64,000 nucleotides of DNA from Octopus bimaculoides (Eukaryota), in contig NC_068999.1 in NCBI RefSeq assembly GCF_001194135.2, forward strand, positions 82,219 to 146,218, written 5' to 3'. Position numbers and translations under genes: made by a program. The notes below the pieces were generated by a model, which worked only from the letters and a program-made list of their open reading frames with translations, did not search any database and had not been told where the DNA came from. Positions 10,746 through 23,640 of this stretch are shown here, piece after piece. The number at the start of each line of letters is the position of its first letter. Positions within the stretch are counted from its first letter, which is position 1.

Positions 10746-11271
10746 GTAGACATTGACACATACACACACACACACACACATGAGAGGAGTAAATAGACAC
10801 CCTTATAATCATTAAAATTTATTTAAATCTGAAATTATACAATCAAATTATAATGTGAATATTTATTATTCAGTAGACATGCCCTTTGCATTTTTCAATG
10901 CAAAGACCTTATTAGGCATGTTACTGATCAGATGACGAATATTCTCTTGAGGAATTTCTTGCCAAGTTTCATGCAGGAATATACATGATAAAAACAGTTA
11001 TACTTATATTTTTGTGTGTGTGTTTCTGTGTATATACATATATACACATGCAAGAATGTATTTATGCATGAATATATGCACATTAACATATGCGTATGTG
11101 CGTTTGTTTATGTATGTATTTATCTGCGTATATCTACATTTACATTTAGAAATTGCAAAAAAAAAAAAAAGAAAAAATAAAGAAATAAAAAAAATTTTTT
11201 TTAAAAAGATACTTCGTTGTGCGGCAATATCTTGTTAAGGTTGAGTTAGAATGCTATAGAAATGATGAATA

Positions 11272-11372
11272 AAAGTAGACCTCGGCGGAATATGAACTCA
11301 GAACGTAGCGGCAGACAAAATACCGCTAAGCATTCCGCCTGGTGTGTTAATGATTCTGCCAGCTCGCCGCCA
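11272..11372 (-). mobile_element. SINE family A, tRNA-like head
   Basis: gacctcggcggaatatgaactcagaacgtagcggcagacaaaataccgctaagcatt...ctgccagctcgccgcc. Confidence 0.85.
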
Positions 11373-11755
11373 TAGATAATAAGATATTGTATATATTTCA
11401 ATATTTCATACTTACAGGAAAATTTGCTAGTGTTAAAAATATTCTATATTATATGAAAAGATATCTTGGCTGTCTTAAATTTTAAAATATTGAAGTTCCA
11501 TTTTTTTTTCCAATTTCGAAATGTGAGCTCATACATACATACATAGATAAGCGTACGTACGCATATGTTAATGTGCACATATGTATGCATAAACATTCTT
11601 ACACACACACATACACACACACAAATATATAAGTATAACTTTTTATAATGTATATATGTATAAGTATTTTTCATGTATGTATATATTTGTAAATTATAGA
11701 TATGTTGTATTTATTTGTAAATATATATGTACAAATACGCATCCATACACATAAC

Positions 11756-11803
<48 letters not shown>

Positions 11804-12300
11804 CATACACACACATATATGCGTAAAATCATGCATTCATATGTATGTTTGTGTATGTGTGTGTGTGCGCGTGTACATGCATTACAATACACGCACAGAA
11901 ACACAAAGCAGCAAAAAAATTCAAGACATTTCACAAAATCACAAAATGATGGAAGACTAAAAATATTTAGTTTTAGTCTTCAAATATAATTTTACTAATT
12001 AAAGTAAAAAAAAAAAATTATTTGTAAAATGTAAAGAACATACTACAAAAATGACAAACGAAAATATAATTTCTGATGTAGAAAGCTTTGAAAAATGGCG
12101 AAAAACAGTGGAATGGCTTGCTAAGAAGTCGTGACTATTCTTTTGGAAAAAAAACAACTCTGCTCTAAAGACATGAGTATGATGCTACAAGAGTGCATTG
12201 TCAAAATTCACTGTATGCGGTCGTTGTATATAATAGCAGCAATGATAAAAATAAAGATATATCTAATAATAATAATAATAAATAATAATAATAATAATCA

Positions 12301-13068
12301 AAACGGAGGCTCTGATCTGTGCTGACCAAGAGCAAACATTAAGAACGAATTACTTCAAATACAGAATTGACAACACATCAGAAAGTGATAAGTGCAGAAT
12401 TTGTGGATAAAATGGTGAAACTGTATGGCATATTAGCAGTCAATGTACGCCACCAGCCCAGAAAGAATATAAAAGACGTCATAACAATATAACAAGGATT
12501 GTCCATTGGACACTTTGCAACAAGTTCGGACTTAACTGAACAAACAAGTTGTATGAACATAAACCCGAAGGCATCATTGAAAATAATAATAGTGCAAAGA
12601 TGCTATGGGATTTTATGATTCAGTGCGACCATGACATGCAGAATAGGAAATAAGACGTAGTATTAATTGAGAAAGAAAGCAAACGATGCTGGCTCATAGA
12701 TATAGCATGCCCAGCTGACAACAAGGTATGCGATAAGGAAGAAAGAAAAGCCGATAGATATGATAGGTTAGCTTGGGAGGTTAAGCAGCTGTGGTCGCTG
12801 AAAAAGGTGGTAGTAGTACCAATAATTGTCGGAGCCCTGGGAACAGTGAGTAAAAATTTTGCGAAGTATATGGAACAAATAGGGGCTGCAATAAGGGTGG
12901 AGCGCTTGCGGAAAACAGCACTGCTTGAAACCGCTCGAATACTCCGGATGGTGCATGAAAAATAAGGGGTATTATGTTCACTGGTAGTGAACAACTGGCA
13001 CCGTAGTACATCTCCAACGTTAGGAGCTGTGCAAAGACAATAAATAATAATAATAATAATAACAATAA
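12301..13068 (+). mobile_element. R4/Dong-clade LINE, 5'-truncated 3' end (zinc knuckle, RLE, 3' UTR, (TAA)n tail)
   Basis: Manual translation TEALICADQEQTLRTNY...DKCRICG*NGETVWHISSQC...RRHNN...LWDFMIQCD...K*DVVLIEKESKRCWLIDIACP...VVPIIVGALGTV...TARILRMV with a few stops; flanked by AAT repeats. Confidence 0.9.
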
Positions 13069-13069
13069 T

Positions 13070-13185
13070 CCTTTCTACTGGAGGCACAACGTCTGAAATT
13101 TGGGAGAGGGGATATTCGATTACATCGATCCTAGGACTCAACTGGTACTTAATTTATCGACCCCCGAAAGGATGAAAGGCAAACA
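13070..13185 (-). mobile_element. SINE family A, 3' half
   Basis: cctttctact..aggcacaa...gattacatcga...ctggtacttaatttatcgacccccgaaaggatgaaaggcaaa. Confidence 0.85.
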
Positions 13186-13384
13186 TAAACAAACCAAAGC
13201 AGTTTTCAAGCGGTGGGGAGATGAAAAACACAAACACACAGACACATATGTGTCGTATCGACCATCACCTGAAATATGAAATGAAACTCGAAAAAAAAAA
13301 ATGCTTATGCAAAGAATGAATATTTCAAAATAGAAACACAGCTCGGTTTGAGTCCGGTGCGCTTCTAGTGAAATTATATATATT

Positions 13385-13630
13385 TTTCTCTGTAGTTTCA
13401 GCTCAGAGTTGCGACCATACTAATGTACCGCCGTTTTGCTACACTATTATTACTGAGAGCCTCCTCCAATATGTGGCACTTGGTGAAGAATGGAGTTTGA
13501 TGTAGCTATATATGACAAGTTTCGTTTACCAGATTCATTCACAAGATATTCGTCAATCCAGGTTTACTGTAGAATTTATATGCCGATGCACAGTGGGACT
13601 GAACCTGAAACCACGTGGCAGCAAAGTGAG
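13385..13630 (-). mobile_element. Diverged SINE family B-like copy including tRNA head
   Basis: cacagtgggactgaacctgaaaccacgtgg is the reverse complement of the family-B head B-box region. Confidence 0.55.
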
Positions 13631-15024
13631 CTTCTGAGCCACATAGAGTTTTAGCTTTTTAATTTTGCAAATCATGCGAAGAGGGCCTCTGTAATACACC
13701 ATTCAATGATGTTGAATCACAAAAAAAGGTTTAAAAGCAGAAATATAGCGGTTTCTTTATTGGTTAATATCAAGGAAGAGAGTGGGTGAGTTGAAAGACA
13801 ATATCGACCACAAATGAATTCGAACTCAGAATCTTGATGTTTCTAACTAAAATAGTATAAAGCCTTTAGTTAAGCACTGTTCTGTATCTGACATCGACAC
13901 TGACACTTTGAACTCCCCACCGTCGCTCCGCCGAGCCGCCTTTTATTGAGGAATCAATACGCTATATCGCTGGCACCTGAAATCTTCCATTGTTCTCTGC
14001 CAGAACTTTTCCGATTTGAATTAAATCAGCTTCTGTTTTTCCCGCTGCAGCTATTCATCAAACAGATAATATCTGACTTGGAGATCTCGTAGCCGCCGCC
14101 GCCGCCGCTGCCGTCATCGTCATCGTCGTTGTGAATAATGGAATTGGTTTTCATTCGTTCTAGAATCGCCGAAATGTGATGAATGCAAAGTTTTCTTGGA
14201 AAGGCACAACACTTGATTAAATAAAACAGACAAGGATGCTGTTCCAAAAAGAAAAGCCCCCCCCCCCCAGGAAATTTTATAAAGGAAATGGTTTGACGTT
14301 TTAAAGAAGAATCACCAAAAGAAAAGATGAATCAACGAGGAACACTTTACGTGGTCGTGTAACTTGCTAGAAATAGTAGCAATGTTCTTTGAAATCACGC
14401 CGTATGTCTTAAAAATAGGAAGATTACATTGAATGATGTAATAATGAACAGAAGGAAACAAATATTCGAAAGAGGATGAATAATGTAGTTGGTAAATTAT
14501 GTCTGAGAGAACAAACGGAATGGCGACAAATTAAACGTATATTCTATCAACGCAGACTTGGGTTATGGCAGCAACAAAATCCAAGCAACCTTCGATAGAT
14601 CCTCTATTTAGTCTTTCGATCTGTTAGAAATAGGAGCTAAGTGAGCATCACAATCACCCATCGATGTCTTTAAAAATAGAAGAGACACACGAAGGAAAAG
14701 TAATCTTTTCCGATATCTGAAAATGAAACGCCTTTGATTAGGGGCCAGCTACAAAGCACTGAGCTAAGGTTAAGTAACATCAACAACAATAGCAATGGCG
14801 ATAACAGGCCATGCTTGTTATTAATGACCCAACTGAGAAAGGGGGCATTTTAGTAGATAATTTTACGGAACCGAATGAAAGCTTTATTATATTGTAAATA
14901 GTAAAGGATGAAGATCTATGGAGCCTTAGTTGACAGCACCCGAGAGTTGACAGCTTTGATAAGCACCGGTGTTATATAACACCTCAATACCACAGGTAGT
15001 ACCTCAACTGTATTTATAAGGCTT

Positions 15025-15302
15025 ATCCCTATTGTCATCGGAGCATTGGGTTCAATACCACCCAGTCTGAAAAACATCTGAATACCTTAGAGATACCTTA
15101 CAATCTAGATGCATTGCAAAAGTCGGCATTACTTGGAACTGCACGCATATTGCGTAAAGTACTGCCTGTCTGAGGTCCTTGTTGTGACTTGACAAACAAT
15201 ACAAACCCCCGGTAGAGACAATATCTTCAATCAACAACCTCGCGATATCGTATACTATACGACGTCAATAATGATAATAATAACAATAATAATAATAATA
15301 AG
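15025..15302 (+). mobile_element. Second R4/Dong-like LINE 3' end with (TAA)n tail
   Basis: LIPIVIGALGSIPPSLK.HLNTLEIPYNLDALQKSALLGTARILRKVLPV* (one frameshift), then a short UTR and AAT repeats. Confidence 0.8.
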
Positions 15303-15610
15303 AAGAAGAAGGGCGAGGAAAATAACGGTAAGGAAGATTATGTTGCATAGAATGACATTTTAGCTGAGACCGCGTTTCTTAGGATTTCATTGGTTTATAT
15401 CTTGGAAGAGTTATGACTTTAGATTCATAGAATTATGGTGACATTGCAAGGTACAAGTGTTCTGTAGAAGAAAAGGGAGTAGTAGTAGTAAAAATTAAAC
15501 AAACTGGGTCTTCATTTGTGTATATGTAGGTATCTACATTATACATGCGTATATATTAATACATGATATAAACATACATGCACACACGCACACATACATG
15601 CATGTATATA

Positions 15611-15665
<55 letters not shown>

Positions 15666-15985
15666 CATTATATGTAATATATACATTATATGTGTGTGTG
15701 TATATATATTACTTACATAAGTATACGCATAAATAATGTATAATATATATTATTTATATATGCATACATAAGCACACAGAAACACACAGATACACACACA
15801 TCTGTAAACAACTGTAAGTAGGTGGATGCAACCATAATGTATATTTTAAAGAATTTCGATTGTTAATGCGAATGCACTTTCTTCCTTCTACATACAACCA
15901 TGCATGCATACCTTCTTATATAATACTCTTATATATATATTTGCATATATACGTATACTAATACTATATGTATAATGCATAAGCA

Positions 15986-16022
<37 letters not shown>

Positions 16023-16032
16023 NNNNNNNNNN

Positions 16033-16071
<39 letters not shown>

Positions 16072-16250
16072 GATGATGATGGCGGAAAGCGCTGGTGGTG
16101 GTAGTGGTGGCGGCGGTGGTGGTGATGTTGATGATGAAGGGGATGATGATGATGATGATTAGTAGTGATAGTAGTAGTAATAGTTGTAGTAGTAGTAATA
16201 GTAGTAGTGGTGGTGATGGTGGTTTTGGTGGTGATGGTTGTGGTGTAATA
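16033..16250. repeat. (GAT)n/(GGT)n/(TAG)n trinucleotide low-complexity tract
   Basis: Directly visible. Confidence 0.85.
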
Positions 16251-17481
16251 GTTGTATGTGGATATTGCAAAGAATGAGGAGAAGGAAGAGGAGGGATAGA
16301 TGTTTGCCTCTTTACAACAATGGCATTGCAGATAAAAAATAAAAAGAAACCTCAAGCATAAAAAATAGCAAAGAAAAATCAAAAACGAATAAAATCCCCA
16401 CTGAGATTTGAAAGAGCAATAGTTAGGGAAACCAATATTTACTTGTAAGAAAGTAAAATCTCGAGGGAACGCTAGATACAATAGCTTTTAATAAGAGACG
16501 AACGTGTTCTGAGGGGACCACTGTGTTTGCCAAAGATTGAATTAATGAATAATTGCTCCTTTTAGAACAAATCACTTTATTCCATGACTAATTTAGGCTT
16601 TAATTAATCAAGATCTTTAAGGGTTCTTGTCCACTTGATCAGGTTTAATAAATCTTTAGTCATCCTCTATCCAAAGTAATTCACTGTGATAAATAATGAT
16701 GATGTTGATGACGATGATGACGATGAAGGTGTTAGTGGTGGTGATGAAATTGGAGATGATGAGGACGATGATGATGATGATAAAAGAGACGATAGGAGAG
16801 TCTTACCAGCTACTTAAATTTCTTAAATCGCTCTTACGTTTTCATAAATTCATTACACATTATGAAACAAAACTTCGCAAACGAGAGACATCTGCACAAC
16901 AATTTATTCAAATGTTTAAAAAATGTTTAATTATAATAGATAGAATAAATTGAAGAAGTGCGTCTCCAGTCTGTAATCTTGTAATTAAAAGCAAAAACAA
17001 TGATTGTGAATTCAGCTGAGCGTCATTTTCATATTCATCATCTATTTTTCTCCAACACCTTCCATTTCTTTTTGTCTCCTTCCTTCCTGTATACAGACAA
17101 GACCATATGTACGTGTGGGACGCAGTGTCTCTACCATTTCACACACATATCATCTATAACACTGTTATGCCCTCTTTCTCTATTTTGTTTATTACTTTTG
17201 TTTAATAAACTATTACCTACTGTTTTTTGTAAAAAATTCCATTACATCATCCTTTTATTTATTCCTTATAAGAGCTTCTACCTACCCGTGAGATAGGTTA
17301 TCCCGTGCCAGACACCAAACCGACACCCGAATGCTCCACGGAGTGATTAAATATCATTCCGGCGCCCGATGCGATGCAGCACATAAAAAATGGAAAAGAT
17401 ATGGAATTTGAAAATATAAATAGAATAAGATATTTATAAAAAGAATATATATATGTAAATATATAAAACAACATATACATA

Positions 17482-17835
17482 GGCGTGGCTATGTGGTAAG
17501 AAGCTTGCTTCCCAACAACAATATTCCAGGTTCAGTCCCACTGCGTGACACATTGGGCGAGTGTCTTCTACTATAACCTCTGGCCCACCGAAGCCTTGTG
17601 AGTGGATTTAGTTGACGGAAACTGAAAGAAGCCCGTCGTATATATATGTATATATTTATATGTGTGTGTGTGCCTGTCTGTCTTTGTCCTCCCGCCATCG
17701 CTTGACAACCGATGCTGGTGTATTTGTGTTCTTATAACCTAGCGGTTCAGCAAAAGAACTCCGATAGAATAAGTACTAGGCTTACAAAGAATAAGTGCTG
17801 AGGACGATTTGTTCAACTAAAACCCTTCAAGGTTA
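17482..17835 (+). mobile_element. tRNA-derived CORE-like SINE family B
   Basis: Head ggcgtggctatgtggtaagaagcttgc...ccaggttcagtccca (A/B boxes), CORE-like ttgggcgagtgtcttctactata, internal (TA/TG)n, 3' domain. Confidence 0.85.
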
Positions 17836-18032
17836 TGCATGTATAAACAAGCACTTAGCAAAATCTAGTTACGTCATTTTTACGCGCTTCTCATTAATAA
17901 TGATAGACAGCAATTATATAACGGAAATCTTACAACATGGTTGCATTGGAAGATCTTCAGGGATTGCGTAACTCAAATCCTATGTCTCCGTACTGGATTG
18001 CCAACCGTGTTAGACATCGAATGCTATGGCTG

Positions 18033-18079
<47 letters not shown>

Positions 18080-18248
18080 TATATTTACTGTTACATATGT
18101 GGTGAATATTTTATATGCATATACATATCAATGGAATGCAATTTATGTCAGTGGCATTAAATAAGCGCGTATTCATGTATGTATGTATGTATGTATATAT
18201 GTATGCATATATATAAACTTTTATATATATGTATGTATGTATGTATGT

Positions 18249-18303
<55 letters not shown>

Positions 18304-18342
18304 CATACATACACATATATATATTTAAACACATACACGCAT

Positions 18343-18725
18343 AGGAATGGCTGTGTGGTAAGTAGCTTGCTTACCAACCACATGGTTCTGGGTTCAGTCC
18401 TACTGCGTGGCACCTTGGGTAAGTGTCTTCTACTATAGCCTCGGGCCAACCAAAGCCTTGTGAGTGGATTTGGTAGACGGAAACTGAAAGAAGCCTGTCG
18501 TATATATGTTTATATATGTGTGTGTGTGTTTGTCCCCCCACCATCGCTTGACAACCGATGCTGGTGTGTTTACGTCCCCGTAACTTAGCGGTTCGGCAAA
18601 AAGAATTCGATAGAATAAGTACTAGGCTTCCAAAGAATAAGTCCTGGGGTCGATTTTCTCGACTAAAGGCGGTGCTCCAGCATGGCCGCAGTCAAATGAC
18701 TGAAACAAGTAAAAGAGTAAAAGAG
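18343..18725 (+). mobile_element. tRNA-derived CORE-like SINE family B, full length
   Basis: A box tggctgtgtggtaag, B box ggttcagtcc, ggcaccttgggtaagtgtcttc (resembles the CORE-SINE domain), tail ccagcatggccgcagtcaaatgactgaaacaagtaaaagagtaaaagag. Probably related to the described octopus tRNA-derived SINEs; exact family not assigned. Confidence 0.9.
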
Positions 18726-18756
<31 letters not shown>

Positions 18757-18879
18757 GCACACCTTTGTGTGTATATATGTACAAAGGTAGTTATGTATCA
18801 TTGCGATTGTAGGAATGCGTACATTATGCACATACACATATATAACGGTGTACACACAAATTCACAGAGAAACGTGAAT

Positions 18880-18949
<70 letters not shown>

Positions 18950-19334
18950 CCTATTAGACTGAGGTTACGTTTTCATATAATCCAACTGGGATTTATACTT
19001 TTGCATAATTTAATGCTTTTGTTAGTTTGAGAACTTGAATTTACGCACACACACATACACGTATGTAAATTTCTCATATATATATCTGTGTGTGTGTGTG
19101 TGGTGGGTATGTGTGCTTGTGTATTTATGTATATAGGTATATATGTATGTGCGTGCGGATATAAGTTAATGTGTGCTTGTACGCATGGGTATTGTGATAT
19201 TAGGTCAAATTTTAATTAGAATGTAAGTTACTCCTTCTTTTACTTCAGTAGACTCTCTCTCATCTGCTCCTTATACATATACACGTGTGTGTGGGTTCGT
19301 GTCGGTGCGTAGGCATTATTTCGTTGTGTGTTTG

Positions 19335-19407
<73 letters not shown>

Positions 19408-19690
19408 ATATATGTAAATATATGTATATGTAATATGCATATTTACATATAGAATATGCATGTACATATATGCATACGTATGGGTATGTAGATATGTATG
19501 TGTAAACTGCGTGTATATTTGTGTTTTGTATGTCATTTGCAATGTATTAGTTTATGTATGTATATGTGAGTATATATATTCAGCAAATACTTGACTTGTG
19601 TCATATATCTGAGTATATTTAAGCCTACGTTTTGTGAGTATATAGTCGTATGTGCAGGCTGAAGCGTATTTAACTTCATTAAATAACTGC

Positions 19691-19725
<35 letters not shown>

Positions 19726-20644
19726 CCGTAGCCTCGAAAGAATCCCCTTACTCCCGCTACGAATGCTCCAAATGGTATACCGCTAGGTGTTTGTTTTATC
19801 TACTAAAACAGCAATAATAATTACCAAGCCCCCACCACCACTAGCACAAAACAAGAATAGCGTCCACAGCCACACCAGCAGCAGTGTCAACAGCGGAATC
19901 AATATGGAGAACAAAATCAACAACAGACTTACTTAAATAGAGAGGTCAATAAGCGACACTGCTCTTCCTGCGATGACTTATAATAACAATATAATATATA
20001 ATGAAATTATTGTATACAGTGCTCAGCTGCACTACAACTTGTCAAAAGTGCGCATAAAGCAAATGCAGTATTGTACAAATATGGCGTAAGGCGTTGAGTG
20101 CCTCCTAGTGAAAGCGGCATGAAGTTTCCTTCGGGTTCCACATGGATGGGAATACGCTTTGGATCCTATCTTTGATCCCGTCGTTTGTTTTTATTCATTT
20201 TCTACTCAAAGTTGTCGCAACCCTGCCCCGTAAGATTTATTTCATGCTTTAATTCGACGCTTAAAGCCAGATATCCCAAATGTAGATAATGGAATGGGTC
20301 TGACCCCTAAAGCCAACGAGGGGAACAACTTTGTGTTCACATCAACTTGTACATCACCTTTGACCTTTTAAGTTCGGGCCACTGTCCCAGTTTGAGCAAT
20401 TTCCCTTGGCTAATTCTATTTCTTAACACATTCTATGAATCTGCTGCTTTGTTAGATTTGACCTAGGGCTACACAATAAAATCACCACCAGCACCACCAC
20501 ATAAAGTGATGTGTAGAAAAGCGGTCAAAGTTTCCAGTCAAATACATTGTTATGTAACTTAATAAGGGTGTTTCTCTATATTTTAAAACATTCAGGCTTC
20601 TTTCTCCATGTGCTCGCGTTCACACACACACGCGTCACATAAGT

Positions 20645-20684
<40 letters not shown>

Positions 20685-20858
20685 TGTAAACAGCCTTATC
20701 TATCTAAAAATATATGTATATACATGCATAGATAATTACATATGTACGTATATTTACGTACAAATTTGTACGTATCTTTAAATATATATAGAGAGAGACA
20801 CAAACATTTACTTATGTTGTTGCATAACTATATATATATGTATATATAGATCCACATA

Positions 20859-20897
<39 letters not shown>

Positions 20898-21037
20898 TCA
20901 TCTCTCACTCTATAGGAGTTTGCATTTACACACACATACACATATATATATATTCGTATAATATANNNNNNNNNNNNNNNNNNNNNNNNNNNNNNNNNNN
21001 NNNNNNNNNNNNNNNNNNNNNNNNNNNNNNNNNNNNN

Positions 21038-21074
<37 letters not shown>

Positions 21075-21388
21075 ACATATATATTTATAAACATATATAT
21101 CATGTACGGACACATTTCCATTAATTCTGGGGTAGCAGTTTTATGGCCCATTGACTTCTGACATCTCAGTCGGCAACCAATAGTCAGTAAAAATGTATCT
21201 GAAACGGCTGTAGTGAACCTTTAACCGATTTGTGTTCGTATTTTATGCAAGTACCATACCTTGAATCTTACCCAATGTTCGATCTATAACTTGCCTTGTT
21301 TCATGAACATATATGCATGTGTGCATGGATGCATGCTTGCATATATATATATCTATATATATAAATGCAAATTTGTATATATGTGTAC

Positions 21389-21419
<31 letters not shown>

Positions 21420-22048
21420 CCCACACACCCATATATGTGTGTGTGTGTGTGTAAATGTATGGACATGTCTGTATATGCACATGCAAGTGCAGTTAGGGTG
21501 CATACACATATGTGTAGATCTCACTCCTTTCCTGGTGTCCTGGAAGTTTAAATACCTTGATTCAAATGAACCTACAACAGACGTTATATATATATATATA
21601 TATATNNNNNNNNNNNNNNNNNNNNNNNNNNNNNNNNNNNNNNNNNNNNNNNNNNNNNNNNNNNNNNNNNNNNNNNNNNNNNNNNNNNNNNNNNNNNNNN
21701 NNNNNNNNNNNNNNNNNNNNNNNNNNNNNNNNNNNNNNNNNNNNNNNNNNNNNNNNNNNNNNNNNNNNNNNNNNNNNNNNNNNNNNNNNNNNNNNNNNNN
21801 NNNNNNNNNNNNNNNNNNNNNNNNNNNNNNNNNNNNNNNNNNNNNNNNNNNNNNNNNNNNNNNNNNNNNNNNNNNNNNNNNNNNNNNNNNNNNNNNNNNN
21901 NNNNNNNNNNNNNNNNNNNNNNNNNNNNNNNNNNNNNNNNNNNNNNNNNNNNNNNNNNNNNNNNNNNNNNNNNNNNNNNNNNNNNNNNNNNNNNNNNNNN
22001 NNNNNNNNNNNNNNNNNNNNNNNNNNNNNNNNNNNNNNNNNNNNNNNN

Positions 22049-22127
<79 letters not shown>

Positions 22128-22217
22128 AAAATAGTGAGGAAAGGTTAATTAAGCACATTTAATTTAATATACTTTAATTTAATTTAGCTACATAACGAAT
22201 GGGGAAAAGAAAAATAG

Positions 22218-22307
22218 TCTCTGACAGCTGTTTCTGGCATATCCCAGCTATTGGAACATAGTGTTGAGAGAAAACTCCATAAGGTGGGTATACCGTCATC
22301 GGAGAGA
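22218..22307 (-). ncRNA. Type-I hammerhead ribozyme motif with extended stem II
   Basis: Minus strand: tctct CCGATGA c-ggtataccca-[38 nt]-tgggatatgcc-a GAAAC-AGCT-GTC agaga. 5-bp stem I, ~10-bp stem II, palindromic stem III loop, GUC site, U4C core variant. Confidence 0.65.
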
Positions 22308-23171
22308 TATAGGTTAAAGAGCGGAAGAAAATTCTTCACCAGGGATAAATTAGATTAAATGCACACATTCCACCATTTCTACGATATCCGTGCAAATACC
22401 TCACCAAAACGAGGGCAGATATTAATTCCTCGACGTTGCCAAAGTAATTTCCTTTATTCTCTCAAAGATTCTCTAGTGAAGGAAAGGAGACAAGCTTTGT
22501 GAGAGTCATAGCATTATAAACGAATCTGTCTGTCTAACAGCTTACATCTTTATTCGATGTTGATAAACTCTCACACAACATATTTAGAAACAAACATGCT
22601 CGTATCGTCGTCGTCGTCGTCGCATACACTTAGACATACCTTGTATATGCTGTAAATACTGCATCACCAGACAACGGTTCCTTAGTTCATTAGATTTAGT
22701 TCTTTTAGTCAGTTCATATGTTTGTTTATGGTATTTCAACAAATACAATGCCTGCTGTATGAGTGTAGCATTATTATTTCTGTCAAGATCTATTGTTGTC
22801 TCATCTGTGTATTGCATTGACTAATATCTAAAGCATTGTACATTGTAATGTAAAACACTTGCAGAAAGAAATATGTACTACATGTACACACACACTCACA
22901 ACTACACCCTCACATACACATAAACATTTTTTAGCATATATACGTGGGTGTGTGAGTATGCATGTGTGTAAGGGTACGTAATTGTGTGCGTGTGTGTGTG
23001 TTTAAGTGTGGGTGTATGTGAATGTATGGAGTGTGCCTGCATGCTGCAATCTTTTTGTTTTATAGAAAACAGTGAAACAGCCTTCAATACACCACACATG
23101 AACATATTTCCCAGCTCAGAATTCATTGTGTGTGTGTGTGTGTGTAAAAATGTATATGTATATATCCCAGT

Positions 23172-23206
<35 letters not shown>

Positions 23207-23364
23207 TAAATATATGTGAAAGTATATTTTGGAGAGAGTCATATTGTCTTAACGCCTTATCTAACACACTCACCGGATCGATTTCCACTCATTTTTTATT
23301 TGTATATTGTTTCCAAAATTTTCATTGCGTTTGCAACCTTGTCAATGGAAGTTGAGAGTCAAAA

Positions 23365-23640
23365 TCCGTTAACAAGAAGTCAGACAGCTGTAGCCAATGG
23401 TGCTCACTCCGAAGAGACACCAATTTACAGCGGAATCCCACAGGGAACTGTACAGAGGCCATTACTATTTGTGGTGGCCCTCTCTGACATGTCCTCCACG
23501 GTACTGTCATCTAATCTGACCAGTTATGCTGACGACACAAAAGTATCGCAAGCAGTTAGGAACCCAGAGGACATCATAAAACTGAATCAAATATACAAAT
23601 CGGCCAACAAAAATAACGTGCAGTTCAACGCTTACGAAAC
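23365..23640 (+). mobile_element. CR1/L2-group reverse transcriptase fragment
   Basis: ORF track: SGIPQGTVQRPLLFVVALSDM...TSYADDTKVSQAV (QG and YADD RT motifs). Confidence 0.9.

Noticed and set aside
17285-17390. GC-rich patch ending in a GTAGGT donor-like site on the minus strand as a coding exon
   Set aside because: All frames stop or lack recognisable homology, and there are no partner exons.
18343-18420. tRNA genes at SINE heads
   Set aside because: A/B boxes are present, but they continue into SINE bodies and I could not form a complete cloverleaf.
20000-20480. Possible LINE 3' end on the minus strand (ATT-like tail at ~19985-20015)
   Set aside because: No interpretable protein motif in any frame I translated.
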